Virus record (IMG/VR): IMGVR_UViG_3300029787_005266 | Coordinates: 1-64,000 of that record | DNA: 64,000 nt | Origin: a virus | Reading direction: 5' to 3' (one strand) | Shown here: in pieces, positions 30,801-37,287 of the stretch | How positions within the stretch are numbered: position 1 is the stretch's first letter | Layout of the letters: each line of letters starts with the position of its first letter | The notes under the pieces: generated by a model | Databases searched by the model: none | Seen by the model: only the letters and a program-made list of their open reading frames with translations | What the model was told of the DNA's origin: nothing | Program-made: the position numbers and the translations under genes

Positions 30801-31795
30801 GATCTTTAATTGATGTTGTAGCAGACTTTGGAGGACTTACAGGAGGAACTACTGCCTCTGATATTGATTATGGTGACCTAGGTGCGACAACCGCTGATTC
30901 AGAAGACTTTGGCTCTATTCTATCAAGCACACAAATTATAGATATACAAGAAAAAGTTTATGAATTGGCATCAGCACCGTTGAACACAGATTATCTGTTT
31001 GTAGGAAAAAACAAAGGGTATTTGACTGCAAACGTGGATTACAGATTAGAAGGTAAGAGACTGATACTTCCAAGAAGTGCGTTAGATCTGAGCGACACTA
31101 TTTCTGTGACATATATCACTGGTCCACAAAGAAAAGAACCTATGGGTTACAGGGTGTTCAAAGATATTCTAAACAGAACACATTACAGAAGATTGTCCAA
31201 AGCGGCTTCAACAAGACTTGTGCTAGATCTTGGTGTATCAGACACAACAATGACCGTGACGGATGGCACTGCTCTACCAGAACCAGACACTGAAAATAAT
31301 GCTCCTGGTGTGGTGTTTATCGGTACAGAGAGAATCAACTATTTTGAGAAAGATGGCAATGTAATTTCAAGACTAGTAAGAGGAACATTAGGTACAGGAG
31401 TGAAACATCATGCAGGAGGATCAGTGGTTGTAGATGGATCCAAACATCAATCTATCGCAGGTTATGAAGACACAACCACATCTGAAGTACACACAAGTGA
31501 CGGCTCAACAGTATTCTTCGGAACATCATTTACACCAGCAGATGCAAATGAATTGGTGGTTCAAGTTGGTGGTACAGCAACTAAAGAATTCACTATAGGT
31601 GGAGATTCAACTGCAGGAATAACATTTACCACTGCTCCTGCAAATGGATTAACAATTAGGATTTCAAGAAAAACGGGATCAGTTTGGTATACATCTGGTG
31701 CGTCAACGGCATCGAATGGATTAGGATTACAACAATCAACAACATCTCAAGCAACATTCTTACAGGCATCACCTGCTGATTTATCATTGCTATAA
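18869..31795 (+). CDS. Giant (4308 aa) baseplate wedge/structural protein (gp7/VrlC-like) with cupredoxin-like domain, carbohydrate-binding-like modules, FG-GAP beta-propeller and GDGSTT-type repeats
   Basis: Follows gp6. N-terminal LPEVFQT..N..FL; FG-GAP repeats (FGTSVAI..DG..ILVGAP); W..G..Y..GD.V.Y.G..Y modules; GGAGYT.AP.ITISGGGG; C-terminal ERINY...LVRGTLGT. Confidence 0.8.
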   Translation: MGKSTRKSQTLLPEVFQTNKNKDFLTATLDQLIEPTKTQKLSSYIGHTTIPSYKATDGYVTELTDDRTNYQLEPATLYKSNGIDVDFAAPYIDVINDIEAQGGSKIKHDRLLANQTYSYAPPIDHDKFVNYREYFWIAQGLSPIRLQPGTPGATIEFDVENNASGAYVFSHKTANNPDIIVYKGNTYKFNVDALGHPFSIKSQYGTGTQDMLDEPMVENNGADSGTVTLNVPASDSSTQYPTIIFYQCQNHIGMKGRIIIRDLADEDFDPEENLIGTTGFTDYTGLAITNGLPVSIGTDVTETYKNKTYYIEGVGTSTTLTAESEIRTYGTWAQEIGAIFDEGGTEGFDTTGWDNSTGQLVAVDYWTINRSARDRNAWSRSNRWFHKDVIALCNGKNNYAIPISENQRAKRPIIEFEAGLNLYNHGYTHRLVDVVDTQVTDALSLVSGTIGFISDGTVLREDDLVVFTQDTKQKNKIFKVKFYELGDSTAGNPSRIHLQIVDDSTAIADGTSIVGTRGNNQGIAYHYSSEDYIWTKSQQKTSVQQKPLFDVFTDTQISLSNLDTFISTDFVGSTVFEINTDDSQGTPDTIYGTNVIYSRLGLLSDMQVNDTFNTDTITYVQGTAPVSENIKKYYLRKTNQYGEQELLTNYRITKADGKQRVVEQYVATADQNQFEVGSYQDPNSLTDLTLLVFVNGIKTTAYTTEAGVQGKLFVKLNTGSTQDDIVTIKSHSTVGIRTLSGYYEVAPAAQNNPLNESVGTLTIGDYGKHWYSALEEVDALTGNIVGANNSRDIKEIIQRGTKIVQHEGSMPLASLFLRDDTVNIVESWRKTGIDYEQFKSNILRKAETLVMTESASKNLDIILDEINANKNSSFAYYDSDMIAYGDDKTTLSYTVVDPAVTLYPITSAFDLTALSQKAIYIYVNGTQLVHGRDYEFVGLDDSANFIGFEIKSALATDDKITVDEHDTTNGSFVPTTPSKLGLAPVYEPTLENDDIYLNEDSSTGGLLTIKGHDGSRTIGFGDFRDDILLEFERRIYNNIKITHNPEAVEFSYGRFKTNPYTRTEVINAYARDFYYWTGTNGIDYVSNDIYQNGEPFTWNYSDYSKTINRTTDSDPLPGHWRGVYLEYFDTVSPHSTPWEMFGFGAKPGWWDDRYGPAPYTSGNNVLWNDVARGTIAFGDRAGTYNKYKRPDVYSVIPVSENGDLVAPPNAGLLTDDTINSLNLSRKWSYGDMGPAEWAWRSSSSWRFAEQIAKFLAHPVKYAGVFFDISRNNTNAIGQKIYNNEYRQSPSNYVLPSTAQTAGYINVIHDYVKSQGLSGTAIEVRLQNLSVQLVYKLAGYSNKQNLEVKLSSSSPLSTNQSVFTPKENYNLILHKSAPTSVSNYSGVIVEKSTNGYKVSGYSNFNRAFKIYAPITTRDANVIAVGQTTDSFSEWQPGGSYAKGWIVRNAGIFYRALNGVSSGDTFEESNWSEIGAVLPLKGGVSANKFTNYHTNITTVPYGTEYTSVQDLANFVYGYDQYLQSIGFVFDEYSTDLELTMDWDLSVKEILFWTTQNWSNGSVLSVSPASSQLTHVRPASIGDDLVQGDRFYTVLQQDGLPIIPKNLRVSRADGQLVIGTNPNEDGIYNADIRTVQKEHLLVLDNLTSFKDVIYDIELGARQERLKLVGFKTADWQGDLYSPGFIIDRAQISDWEQYKDYKIGDVVTYQGNTYVAKYSHTSTNNFDAVQFAVKTTPVPDIINNLDNKAESFRDFYSLDTENFDAEQQKYAQHLIGYQKRDYLVNLGFEEATQYKLYQGFIRDKGTNQIIDKISLPTQFGQNATFSLYEDWMIRIGEYGGHRTKNQYAWPVDGKNHTELQHVYQITDASKDDTGVVLNVANNKFNRRPYEIPAEKFAEYSYDSSNYPSNIFKMGTAGYPQVDQVDFTVWNTTDMTTLDVDTFKEGTTIWIANTPAGDWDVRRVNLTNNLILSYIQFDDKVQFTTTEQHGLNAGDFIAILNFGTQADGVYEISLPLDSTDTAYKFTITFEGTLDSSSLDGDLAKIQTIRTADIDNLQAITPIKGWQTGDYVYVDNAYETNGGSWKVWQRDALGVFTFEDALGINTDLADKKNDNEEFGGNLALSTDTRYLAVTAKGAERVLIYNRPKSSDDISMYTQIVPGIKNTAGDDADEFGTSVAITDDGGIILVGAPNTQDIVKMTAPNPSPDSTRSFARGQSIIGGDTGATGTVMRYEEGETQDTFFVKVTSGIDFDDSTLNANDSSSVSIIDKIITDGDRTAQGTVNVITQDTQKQFAISANLISPNLKSGERFGETVGISGDGEWIVVGAPGGPNDSTLADQGQVYVFKRGISDSTGLAQYDHWQTLAPNTLSQVGARFGETLQISNDGSVIAVGVKLYDDSTLADQGIVFVWKKSGATYIEVENLRQDTAQANTKFGTSIQLSGDGTDLLIGCPRETVTQPNQGTVYHYINQTSTHTGDGSTTAFVPTFTVEKYTRLYVSTGTNNWAFDDSSSPLSTTYHVDEATNTVTLSSTPALGDTVIISQYQKAQKIVSQPAEVEGQFGTTVALSGNNLAVYSANGNNTRITTFDKFMDDGSTELKETTFDAGGTSFSATVLDTGSVQLYSKYDTSYLHNETLSYAGATLNDSFGQALAISSQNVYVGAPGVEVVANDSSTRADAGQVYYYAKTSTSDYWTEKVTQNGLMNPNLVEKTFMYTRVNNQKIIDMPRIDPAKGLFFAEIEENIRYKTPFDPANYDSWNDEHVGEVWLDTKQLKFLWYEQGELEQRLLNWGKIHPASVVSVKEWVRSIYTPTNYNILSATVEGQQQDITGTAQTNFVTQNVFDDVKNTFVERYFYWVEKSSTVPAVDNRSISTAQIASTIEDPKSYTENFSAVVDSNAVLLSIQPSVLTNKNIAFHIESTTDTDPIQAHEEYVLLSEGDPNVSLPKDLVQKYHDSLVGVDVNGRTVPDLDFPEDMRFGTLNRPRQSIFKNRLNALETVVKFINTRLILQPYATLVDLSLMTASDPIPNILLGGYDQIVDTDIDLAYINTESFIAGRKVLVTTDSLVQGWAIYNYDGEQFIRERNQQFDTNRYWSYADYYANGYSSFTVPDIIVADEKAKKQLSSDIGQIVKVKSSYNGAFRLYVTTADGYDIVGIGNGTIQLDASLYDYASTSRGFGGEAYDSLTFDEEAVQELRNILQAINSFEESSDFDASEVFFTAIKVALAQDPGADWVVKSSFVKKTNEIESISTQSEFQLDVSNSVDAFFDEVLPYKTQVRDDVSKYGIKETMEGDFTDFDNPTYWDSDLGKYVTPTVVAGDSTYFDVYENNPHKFFSDNYKYKIVEIAVDKGGAGYTVAPNITISGGGGSGTVAKANIQNGAISSVKVITQGTGYSTNPTITLTGGGGGVTEEAKIRAVLTNNKTRKLNETIKFDRVAGNHALAGGPASIKTWTKDTVFAQGDNIRYENEIYRAIYSFKSGAKFDDDVLLDDSTNNNDSSTANRYQALALWTAADRIHAFYEPTTNMPGLIGDGSTTINAYAQLMTGLEYPGTRLRATTFQAGEGYDEANFDVLAYDKATDDPYADADTLTDLDLVVDSKTFTTNLGMRPEDINVVGDAFISEYSAHAPEEVLPGGVYDTMDMKVFTRSTDGASIIQKRNYYGDGSTVSFAIPEPKALEGIRVFINDHFKAQTTDYTVDYKAQTITFTTAPETNSIIKIVVIGVSTDDLLGKFQVEADGSTTAFDINVAFHLIKQTYVLVNGVKTSHTISQTSNARTTTVTFSSAPADDAIIDVYAFDLPASTKAFSEVDQTEYSLPTDSTEIKIQLTTLPGAFGPFHHKVFVEGVSGDNNGTGRYKLTPPQVKYYTGDDTSTVYLLPDEPIGSNLATPSNIEVYKNGVKLSLAEYQLQFNAQNKGVINFNTAPTTTDNLAIVLLLGMDYTVDLDGTLTLHGDWSDGSTMHNEKIIVTTFNNHDQMTMRTEVFTGATGSLIDVVADFGGLTGGTTASDIDYGDLGATTADSEDFGSILSSTQIIDIQEKVYELASAPLNTDYLFVGKNKGYLTANVDYRLEGKRLILPRSALDLSDTISVTYITGPQRKEPMGYRVFKDILNRTHYRRLSKAASTRLVLDLGVSDTTMTVTDGTALPEPDTENNAPGVVFIGTERINYFEKDGNVISRLVRGTLGTGVKHHAGGSVVVDGSKHQSIAGYEDTTTSEVHTSDGSTVFFGTSFTPADANELVVQVGGTATKEFTIGGDSTAGITFTTAPANGLTIRISRKTGSVWYTSGASTASNGLGLQQSTTSQATFLQASPADLSLL

Positions 31796-31813
31796 AAAAA
31801 TTAAAGAAAAAAA

Positions 31814-34048
31814 TTAAAGTCTGCCAACTACAACTTCAATAACACCTACATCAGCAGTGTCTTTTGATTCAAGTGCTTTACCGATTATACAGCCAACTTG
31901 ATATGATGCAGAATTAAGTTTTGTGCCTACACCTGCAATATTAGATGACACAATTAAATCTCCTTTTGCAACTACGCCCTTGACTTTGCAAGGCACACGC
32001 CCAGTAAGTGCCAAATCAACAACATGAGCACCTTCACATGCTTCATTCATGATAAAGCCTGGTGCTGTGGATACCACACCCGCCACTCTAGGATCATGTG
32101 ATACTTCAGTTGTTGTGACTTCGTTTTCGCCACCAAATATAATCACTGTGCCTGGCTCATACGGATTGTCAGCAACATATTTCTCAGCCAAGTCAGAATA
32201 TTGTGCGGCAGTTGCCGTTGTAGTCAATATGTTTGTAGCAGGATTGTATGATATTCCATTATCTGTAAACAGTGTATTGCCTGTGGCAGCTGAATCATCT
32301 GAATCAACAAATGTAATAAAGTGTGCCGCGTCTGTGCCGTCACCTGATCGTGTTTTTACTGTGGTTGCGGCTACTGCCGAGGCAGTTATTGCAACGTTTC
32401 CAGCACCAGTAAATCCAACAGCTCCTCCTGTGACATCACCTGTAATTGAAAAGTTTCTTGATGTTGCTAGTACTGTGGCTGTGTCTGCGTTTCCTGTAAG
32501 TGCACCTATAAATGTTGTCGCTGTACAGTTTCTAAATGATGAAGCGTCTTTGTTGCCATCAACAACAACTGCTTTGTTGGCAGCTACTGTACCGTTTGTG
32601 ATTCCGTCTAATTTTTCTAGATCAGTTTCATTCATTGAGGCTGTACCAATTACTAATGAACCTGATGTTGTTTGAATGTCTCCGTCAACATTCAATCCAT
32701 CATTGATGTTTACAAAAGTTGAATCGGATGAAAGTATTTCATTAACTGTTACAGTAGTGGCTGTCAAGTCTCCTTCGAAAGCTGCCACTATGGTTGCAGT
32801 TGATGAGTCTGTTACTGCTGTCGCTGTGCCTGCCGAGTTGGAAAGCACCGCTTTAAATTTATCATCGCCTTCGTTCCAATAAAATACCGCATTGTTGCCT
32901 GCTGATCCACGTTGTATTAATATTCCGCCGTCAATATCAGCACCACCTGAATTGTTTTTGTTTAATTCTAATAATGCATCTGCAACTTCTAGTGTGGTTG
33001 TGTTTACAGAATTTGTTGTACCTGATACAGTTAAGTTTCCGTCAAGTTGTAAATCTCCACCAACATCCATGTTGCCAGTCATACTTAAATTTCTTATAGT
33101 GCCGATGTCAATGTTAGCATCAGCAACCAGTGCCTTGTTGGCAGCCGCTGTTCCATTTGTGATACCATCTAGTTTTTCTAGATCAGTTTCATTCATGTCA
33201 GCTGAGCCAATTATGAATGATCCTGTAGCAGTAACATTCCTAAATCCTGATGCATCACTATTGGCATCAACTACCACTGCTTTACTTGCCGCCACGGTGC
33301 CATTAGTGATACCATCCAGTTTTTCTAGATCAGTTTCATTCATGTCTGCAGAGCCAATTATAAATGAACCAGTAGCTGTTACGTTTCTAAAGCCACTTGC
33401 GTCTTTGTCTGAATCAACTACCACTGCTTTGGATGCCGCCACTGTGCCTGCTGTGACACCATCGATGGTTTCCAGTTCTGCTTCATTTATAGCCGCTGAC
33501 CCAATAGTAAATCCTGCCGCAGTAACAGTGCCTGATGTGGTTTGAATATTTCCGTTGACATTAAGTCCATCATTTATGTTTACGAAAGCAGAATCAGTTG
33601 AAGATATTTCATTTACATTAAGAGTATCATTTATCTGTACACCTGTTGAATCTGTTGATTGTATTTGGTTTACATTTAGTGGATTATTAATTGTGACAAC
33701 ACTCGAATCTTGAGCAGAAATTTCGTCTACACTAATACTTCTGTTCAAAGTAAATGTCATGGTGTTTCCAGCCGCTGATGTAGTAATATCATTACCTATA
33801 AAAGTGATATCACTCGCACCAGGAACCAAACTTACTGTGTTGGAACTTGAATCTGAAATATCTATTGTTGCCGCTGTGATGGACGACGCAATATCTGTAA
33901 ATTTTGCAATTCTAACGCCACCTGCCGCAGAACCATCATGTACTTTTAATGTGTTTAAATCCGTGTCTACAGTGACTTCACCCACAGCACCTGTGAAAGA
34001 ACTGTGTTGAGATGTTGTGCCTCGTCTAAACTGTACCTGAGTTGTCAT
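31814..34048 (-). CDS. Tail fibre with Mtd-like N-terminus and C-terminal intramolecular chaperone/peptidase G2-like domain
   Basis: N-terminal TQVQFRRGTT..H..FTGAVGEVTVDTD...VHDG. Internal ~51-aa repeats. C-terminal AQYSDLAEKY...GRVPCKV.G.V.KGD..V...IGKALE. Confidence 0.8.
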   Translation of the reverse strand: MTTQVQFRRGTTSQHSSFTGAVGEVTVDTDLNTLKVHDGSAAGGVRIAKFTDIASSITAATIDISDSSSNTVSLVPGASDITFIGNDITTSAAGNTMTFTLNRSISVDEISAQDSSVVTINNPLNVNQIQSTDSTGVQINDTLNVNEISSTDSAFVNINDGLNVNGNIQTTSGTVTAAGFTIGSAAINEAELETIDGVTAGTVAASKAVVVDSDKDASGFRNVTATGSFIIGSADMNETDLEKLDGITNGTVAASKAVVVDANSDASGFRNVTATGSFIIGSADMNETDLEKLDGITNGTAAANKALVADANIDIGTIRNLSMTGNMDVGGDLQLDGNLTVSGTTNSVNTTTLEVADALLELNKNNSGGADIDGGILIQRGSAGNNAVFYWNEGDDKFKAVLSNSAGTATAVTDSSTATIVAAFEGDLTATTVTVNEILSSDSTFVNINDGLNVDGDIQTTSGSLVIGTASMNETDLEKLDGITNGTVAANKAVVVDGNKDASSFRNCTATTFIGALTGNADTATVLATSRNFSITGDVTGGAVGFTGAGNVAITASAVAATTVKTRSGDGTDAAHFITFVDSDDSAATGNTLFTDNGISYNPATNILTTTATAAQYSDLAEKYVADNPYEPGTVIIFGGENEVTTTEVSHDPRVAGVVSTAPGFIMNEACEGAHVVDLALTGRVPCKVKGVVAKGDLIVSSNIAGVGTKLNSASYQVGCIIGKALESKDTADVGVIEVVVGRL
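32510..33500 (-). repeat. Coding tandem repeats (~51 aa: IGSADMNETDLEKLDGITNGTVAASKAVVVD...DASGFRNVTAT), 3 adjacent copies plus 1 distal copy
   Basis: Near-identical protein and DNA repeats inside the reverse-strand fibre; boundaries approximate. Confidence 0.8.
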
Positions 34049-34055
34049 ATACATT

Positions 34056-34106
34056 TATTTACCAATATCGCAAACCTTGGTTTGCTGGATATCGTCGCCA
34101 TAAATA
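34056..34106. promoter_or_regulatory. Divergent late promoters (TAAATA on each strand) flanking a 16-bp palindrome GCAAACC-TT-GGTTTGC
   Basis: Minus-strand TAAATA at 34056-34061, plus-strand CATAAATA at 34099-34106, palindrome at 34070-34085. Confidence 0.55.
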
Positions 34107-34115
34107 ATAAAATAC

Positions 34116-34775
34116 ATGACAGAGAAATTACAAACAGAATCACAAACACAGGAAGAATCAGTGAAATCAACCGACGAAACACAAGGTGTAAACATAGAAG
34201 GTCATATCAAAATTTTTGACCCAGATTCAGGTGATGTGTATGTAGACAAAAAGAATGCAATCCACTATGAAAACTTCTCTGTTGCCCTAGCAAAAAGCAT
34301 AGCAAATAGAACCACAGGATTTATAGAAGAAATGCATTTTGGTAATGGTGGTACAACTGTAGATTCTACCGGTGTAATTACATATTTGACGCCAAACTCT
34401 TCAGGAGACAATGCCAATTTATACAACAAAACATATTACAAAAGTGTTAACGATACTTCATCATTAAACACAGACACAGCAAGAAATAAAATCACCACAG
34501 CACATGTGAACGGCACAACTTACACAGACGTTATTGTGACAGCACTTTTAGATTTTGGTGAGCCTGCAGGGCAGAGTGCATTTGACAACACAACCAACGT
34601 GAATGATACCTATGTGTTCGACGAAATAGGATTATTTTCATGGGAAGGAACAGCAGGCACGGGAAATTTGTTGACTCATGTTATATTCCACCCTGTACAA
34701 AAATCTTTAAACAGATTGATACAGATAGATTATACAATCAGAATACAGAGTTTGACTAATTTCGTAGACGTGTAA
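34116..34775 (+). CDS. Virion structural protein (baseplate/tail-fibre attachment-like)
   Basis: GHIKIFD...KKNAIH, FGNGG, FDEIGL and HPVQKSLNR.IQIDY motifs, seen in myovirus baseplate modules. Confidence 0.65.
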   Translation: MTEKLQTESQTQEESVKSTDETQGVNIEGHIKIFDPDSGDVYVDKKNAIHYENFSVALAKSIANRTTGFIEEMHFGNGGTTVDSTGVITYLTPNSSGDNANLYNKTYYKSVNDTSSLNTDTARNKITTAHVNGTTYTDVIVTALLDFGEPAGQSAFDNTTNVNDTYVFDEIGLFSWEGTAGTGNLLTHVIFHPVQKSLNRLIQIDYTIRIQSLTNFVDV

Positions 34776-34794
34776 TTTTAATTAAATACACACG

Positions 34795-36393
34795 ATGGCA
34801 TACACAATCAACAAAACAGATGGAACAATACTCGCAGTAATACAGGACGGCCAATTAGACACAACCAGTTCTGTATCACTTCCTGGAAAATTATTTCAAA
34901 ATTATGGTGAAATAATAAACGAAAATTTAGTAAAACTTCTGGAAAATTCTGCATCTGGCACGGCACCTACAGCTCCATTGACAGGTGAATTATGGTATGA
35001 CAAGACTAATGCAAAATTAAAATTATATTCTGGCACAGAATTTATTAATATTGCCACAGCAGGAGGTGATGCTTTTACCATAGTTGGTGATGATTCAACA
35101 GGCACAGGTGTAAACATTGGTGAAACATTTCAATTTGCTGGAGGTAGTAATATAACAACTAGTGTGAGTGGAGACACTTTATCAATAGCCACAAGAGATC
35201 ATATTATAGTAAGTGAAATTTCAGCAACAGATTCAGCATCAATAAAAATTAATGATGTGTTGCAAGTGAATCAAATTGAATCTTCTGATTCAACTGGATT
35301 ACAAATCAATGACACATTGAATGTGAACACTATTGCATCAACAGACTCCACAGCAATTCAGATCAATGACACTTTAAATGTGTCTGGCACTGTGTCTGCG
35401 TCAACAATTCAAACAACAAATATTACACCTTCATTACTGAGTGAAGCAGTACAAATTAATTACATAGACACTGAAAAAATTTCCAGTTCATCATCTTCAG
35501 CAATTCAAGTGCAAGATGCTGTGAATATCAGTGGAGCATTGACTGTAAATGGGTCACTGGTCACAGATGAAGATTTTACTATTGCAGGAGACGGAGCCAC
35601 AGTGACAGGAATTAAAGACGAAGATGATATGTCTTCAAACAGTGCAACAAAACTGGCTACACAACAATCAATCAAAGCATATGTAGATAATGAAATAGGT
35701 GGCGGCACACTGGAGTTTAGTGATCTGTCTTCCAACACAGGATCTATTGTGACAAAAGATGAAGAGTTGGTATTTGCTGGAGGAAACAGCATAACCACAT
35801 CGGTAACGGCAGGATCTAACACAGTCAATATTGCATTAGATGATAATATTGTTGTAAATGAAATTTCATCGTCAGACTCAACTGCGGTACAGATAAATGA
35901 TACACTGAATGTAAACACAATATCATCATCTGACTCAACTGAAGTTACTGTTGAAGATGGATTGAATGTAAAAGGCACAGTTACAGCCACAGCTTTTAAA
36001 GGAGACGGATCAAATCTTACAGGAACTATATCTGTAACAAACGGTGCTAACAACAGAGTTGTTACTGCCGCAAGTACTTCGGCTTTGAATGCAGAATCAA
36101 ATTTTACATTTGACGGATCAACACTTGCTGTCACTGGAGCAATAACTGGCTCCACAACAATTACGGTACCAACGTTGGATGTAAATGTAATACAATCTAC
36201 AGATTCAACTGCTGTTCAAATAAACGAAGGCATAAATGTAAGTGGGGCCATTACAACATCAACAGGATTTACAGGAAATTTAACAGGTCAAGTAAATTCT
36301 ATCACAGTTGGATCAAATGCTACTGGCACAAGAACAGTTTCAAGCAGTACGCCATCAGGTGGATCTGACGGAGACATTTGGTATAGGGTGTAA
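34795..36393 (+). CDS. Tail fibre protein 1 (MAYTINKTDG paralog) with 19-aa DST repeats
   Basis: Shared N-terminal module (YGE..NEN.VKLLEN.A...P..P..GELWYD), LATQQSIKAYVD motif, ATTAAATA late promoter upstream. Confidence 0.75.
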   Translation: MAYTINKTDGTILAVIQDGQLDTTSSVSLPGKLFQNYGEIINENLVKLLENSASGTAPTAPLTGELWYDKTNAKLKLYSGTEFINIATAGGDAFTIVGDDSTGTGVNIGETFQFAGGSNITTSVSGDTLSIATRDHIIVSEISATDSASIKINDVLQVNQIESSDSTGLQINDTLNVNTIASTDSTAIQINDTLNVSGTVSASTIQTTNITPSLLSEAVQINYIDTEKISSSSSSAIQVQDAVNISGALTVNGSLVTDEDFTIAGDGATVTGIKDEDDMSSNSATKLATQQSIKAYVDNEIGGGTLEFSDLSSNTGSIVTKDEELVFAGGNSITTSVTAGSNTVNIALDDNIVVNEISSSDSTAVQINDTLNVNTISSSDSTEVTVEDGLNVKGTVTATAFKGDGSNLTGTISVTNGANNRVVTAASTSALNAESNFTFDGSTLAVTGAITGSTTITVPTLDVNVIQSTDSTAVQINEGINVSGAITTSTGFTGNLTGQVNSITVGSNATGTRTVSSSTPSGGSDGDIWYRV

Positions 36394-36396
36394 CAT

Positions 36397-37254
36397 ATGA
36401 CATCAAAGTTATATGTTAAGAATGACGGAACAATCCACAACACAGAAGAAGTTTATGTAAAAAAGAACGGCAACTGGAAACGTGCTGGTCAAATTTTTGT
36501 TAAAGAAAGTGGAACTTGGGAACCACTATTTTCAAACTCAGGCAATGAAACATTCACCTCGGTTGGACAGCACACATTTCAAGTACCAGCTGGCATATAC
36601 TCACTCTCAGTAGTCATCCAAGGAGGTGGCGGCGGAGGTGGTGGTGGTAATGAAGGCGGTTCTGGTGGCGGTGGCGGTGGTGGTGGCGCCGGTGGAAACA
36701 TCACAGGAAGTATTTCTGTAAGACCATTTCAAGATTTGACAATTACAGTAGGAGGTGCAGGAGCAGGTGCTCCTACAGCTCGGAGAGGCGTACTTCCAGT
36801 ACCTCAAGGATCGGGAGGTGGTAATTCAAGGATTGTTACTCCACAAGGAACATATGTGGCAAGCGGAGGCGCTCGAGGAGCATCAGCTCTTACAGGATTT
36901 GCTCCTGGCATGTTTGGTGCCGGAGGTGCAGGAGGTACTACATCAGGTCCAACTGGACCAACATATACTACAGGAAATTCTGGCTCAAATGGTAGTGATA
37001 ATGGTGGTGACGGTGCAAGTCAAACAGGTGGTACAGGAGGAAGTTCTCCCAATTCATTAGGAGCAGGTGGAACTGCAGGTGGATCTGGAGGAGGTGATGT
37101 AAACACTGGAGATTCGTCGGGTAAAGATGCATCAGGAAATGGTGCAGGAGGCGGTGGAGCCGGTGCACGTGACCGAGATCCTATTGTTTACTCGTTTCAA
37201 TTTTGGTCAGGTGGCAATGGCACTGCTGGAAAAGTTACATTGTCCTGGAGTTAA
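36397..37254 (+). CDS. Glycine-rich tail fibre tip / adhesin protein
   Basis: YVK..G.W N-terminus, TFQVPAG..V...GGGGGGG glycine-rich domain, ending G..G.V.LSW. Confidence 0.7.
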   Translation: MTSKLYVKNDGTIHNTEEVYVKKNGNWKRAGQIFVKESGTWEPLFSNSGNETFTSVGQHTFQVPAGIYSLSVVIQGGGGGGGGGNEGGSGGGGGGGGAGGNITGSISVRPFQDLTITVGGAGAGAPTARRGVLPVPQGSGGGNSRIVTPQGTYVASGGARGASALTGFAPGMFGAGGAGGTTSGPTGPTYTTGNSGSNGSDNGGDGASQTGGTGGSSPNSLGAGGTAGGSGGGDVNTGDSSGKDASGNGAGGGGAGARDRDPIVYSFQFWSGGNGTAGKVTLSWS

Positions 37255-37287
37255 TCACCGATGAAACAAAACAGTTAAATACATTAT

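Noticed and set aside
26270-31520. GDGSTT motifs counted as part of the DS[ST] signal
   Set aside because: DGST is a different, common phage beta-sandwich repeat motif and was excluded from the DS[ST] count.
31796-31813. Rho-independent terminator between the convergent giant gene and the reverse fibre
   Set aside because: Only an A-rich tract is present, with no GC-rich stem; not supportable as a terminator.
31814-34054. Diversity-generating retroelement suggested by the Mtd-like N-terminus
   Set aside because: No reverse transcriptase, no template/variable repeat pair differing at adenines, and the C-terminus is a chaperone-type domain rather than a C-type lectin.
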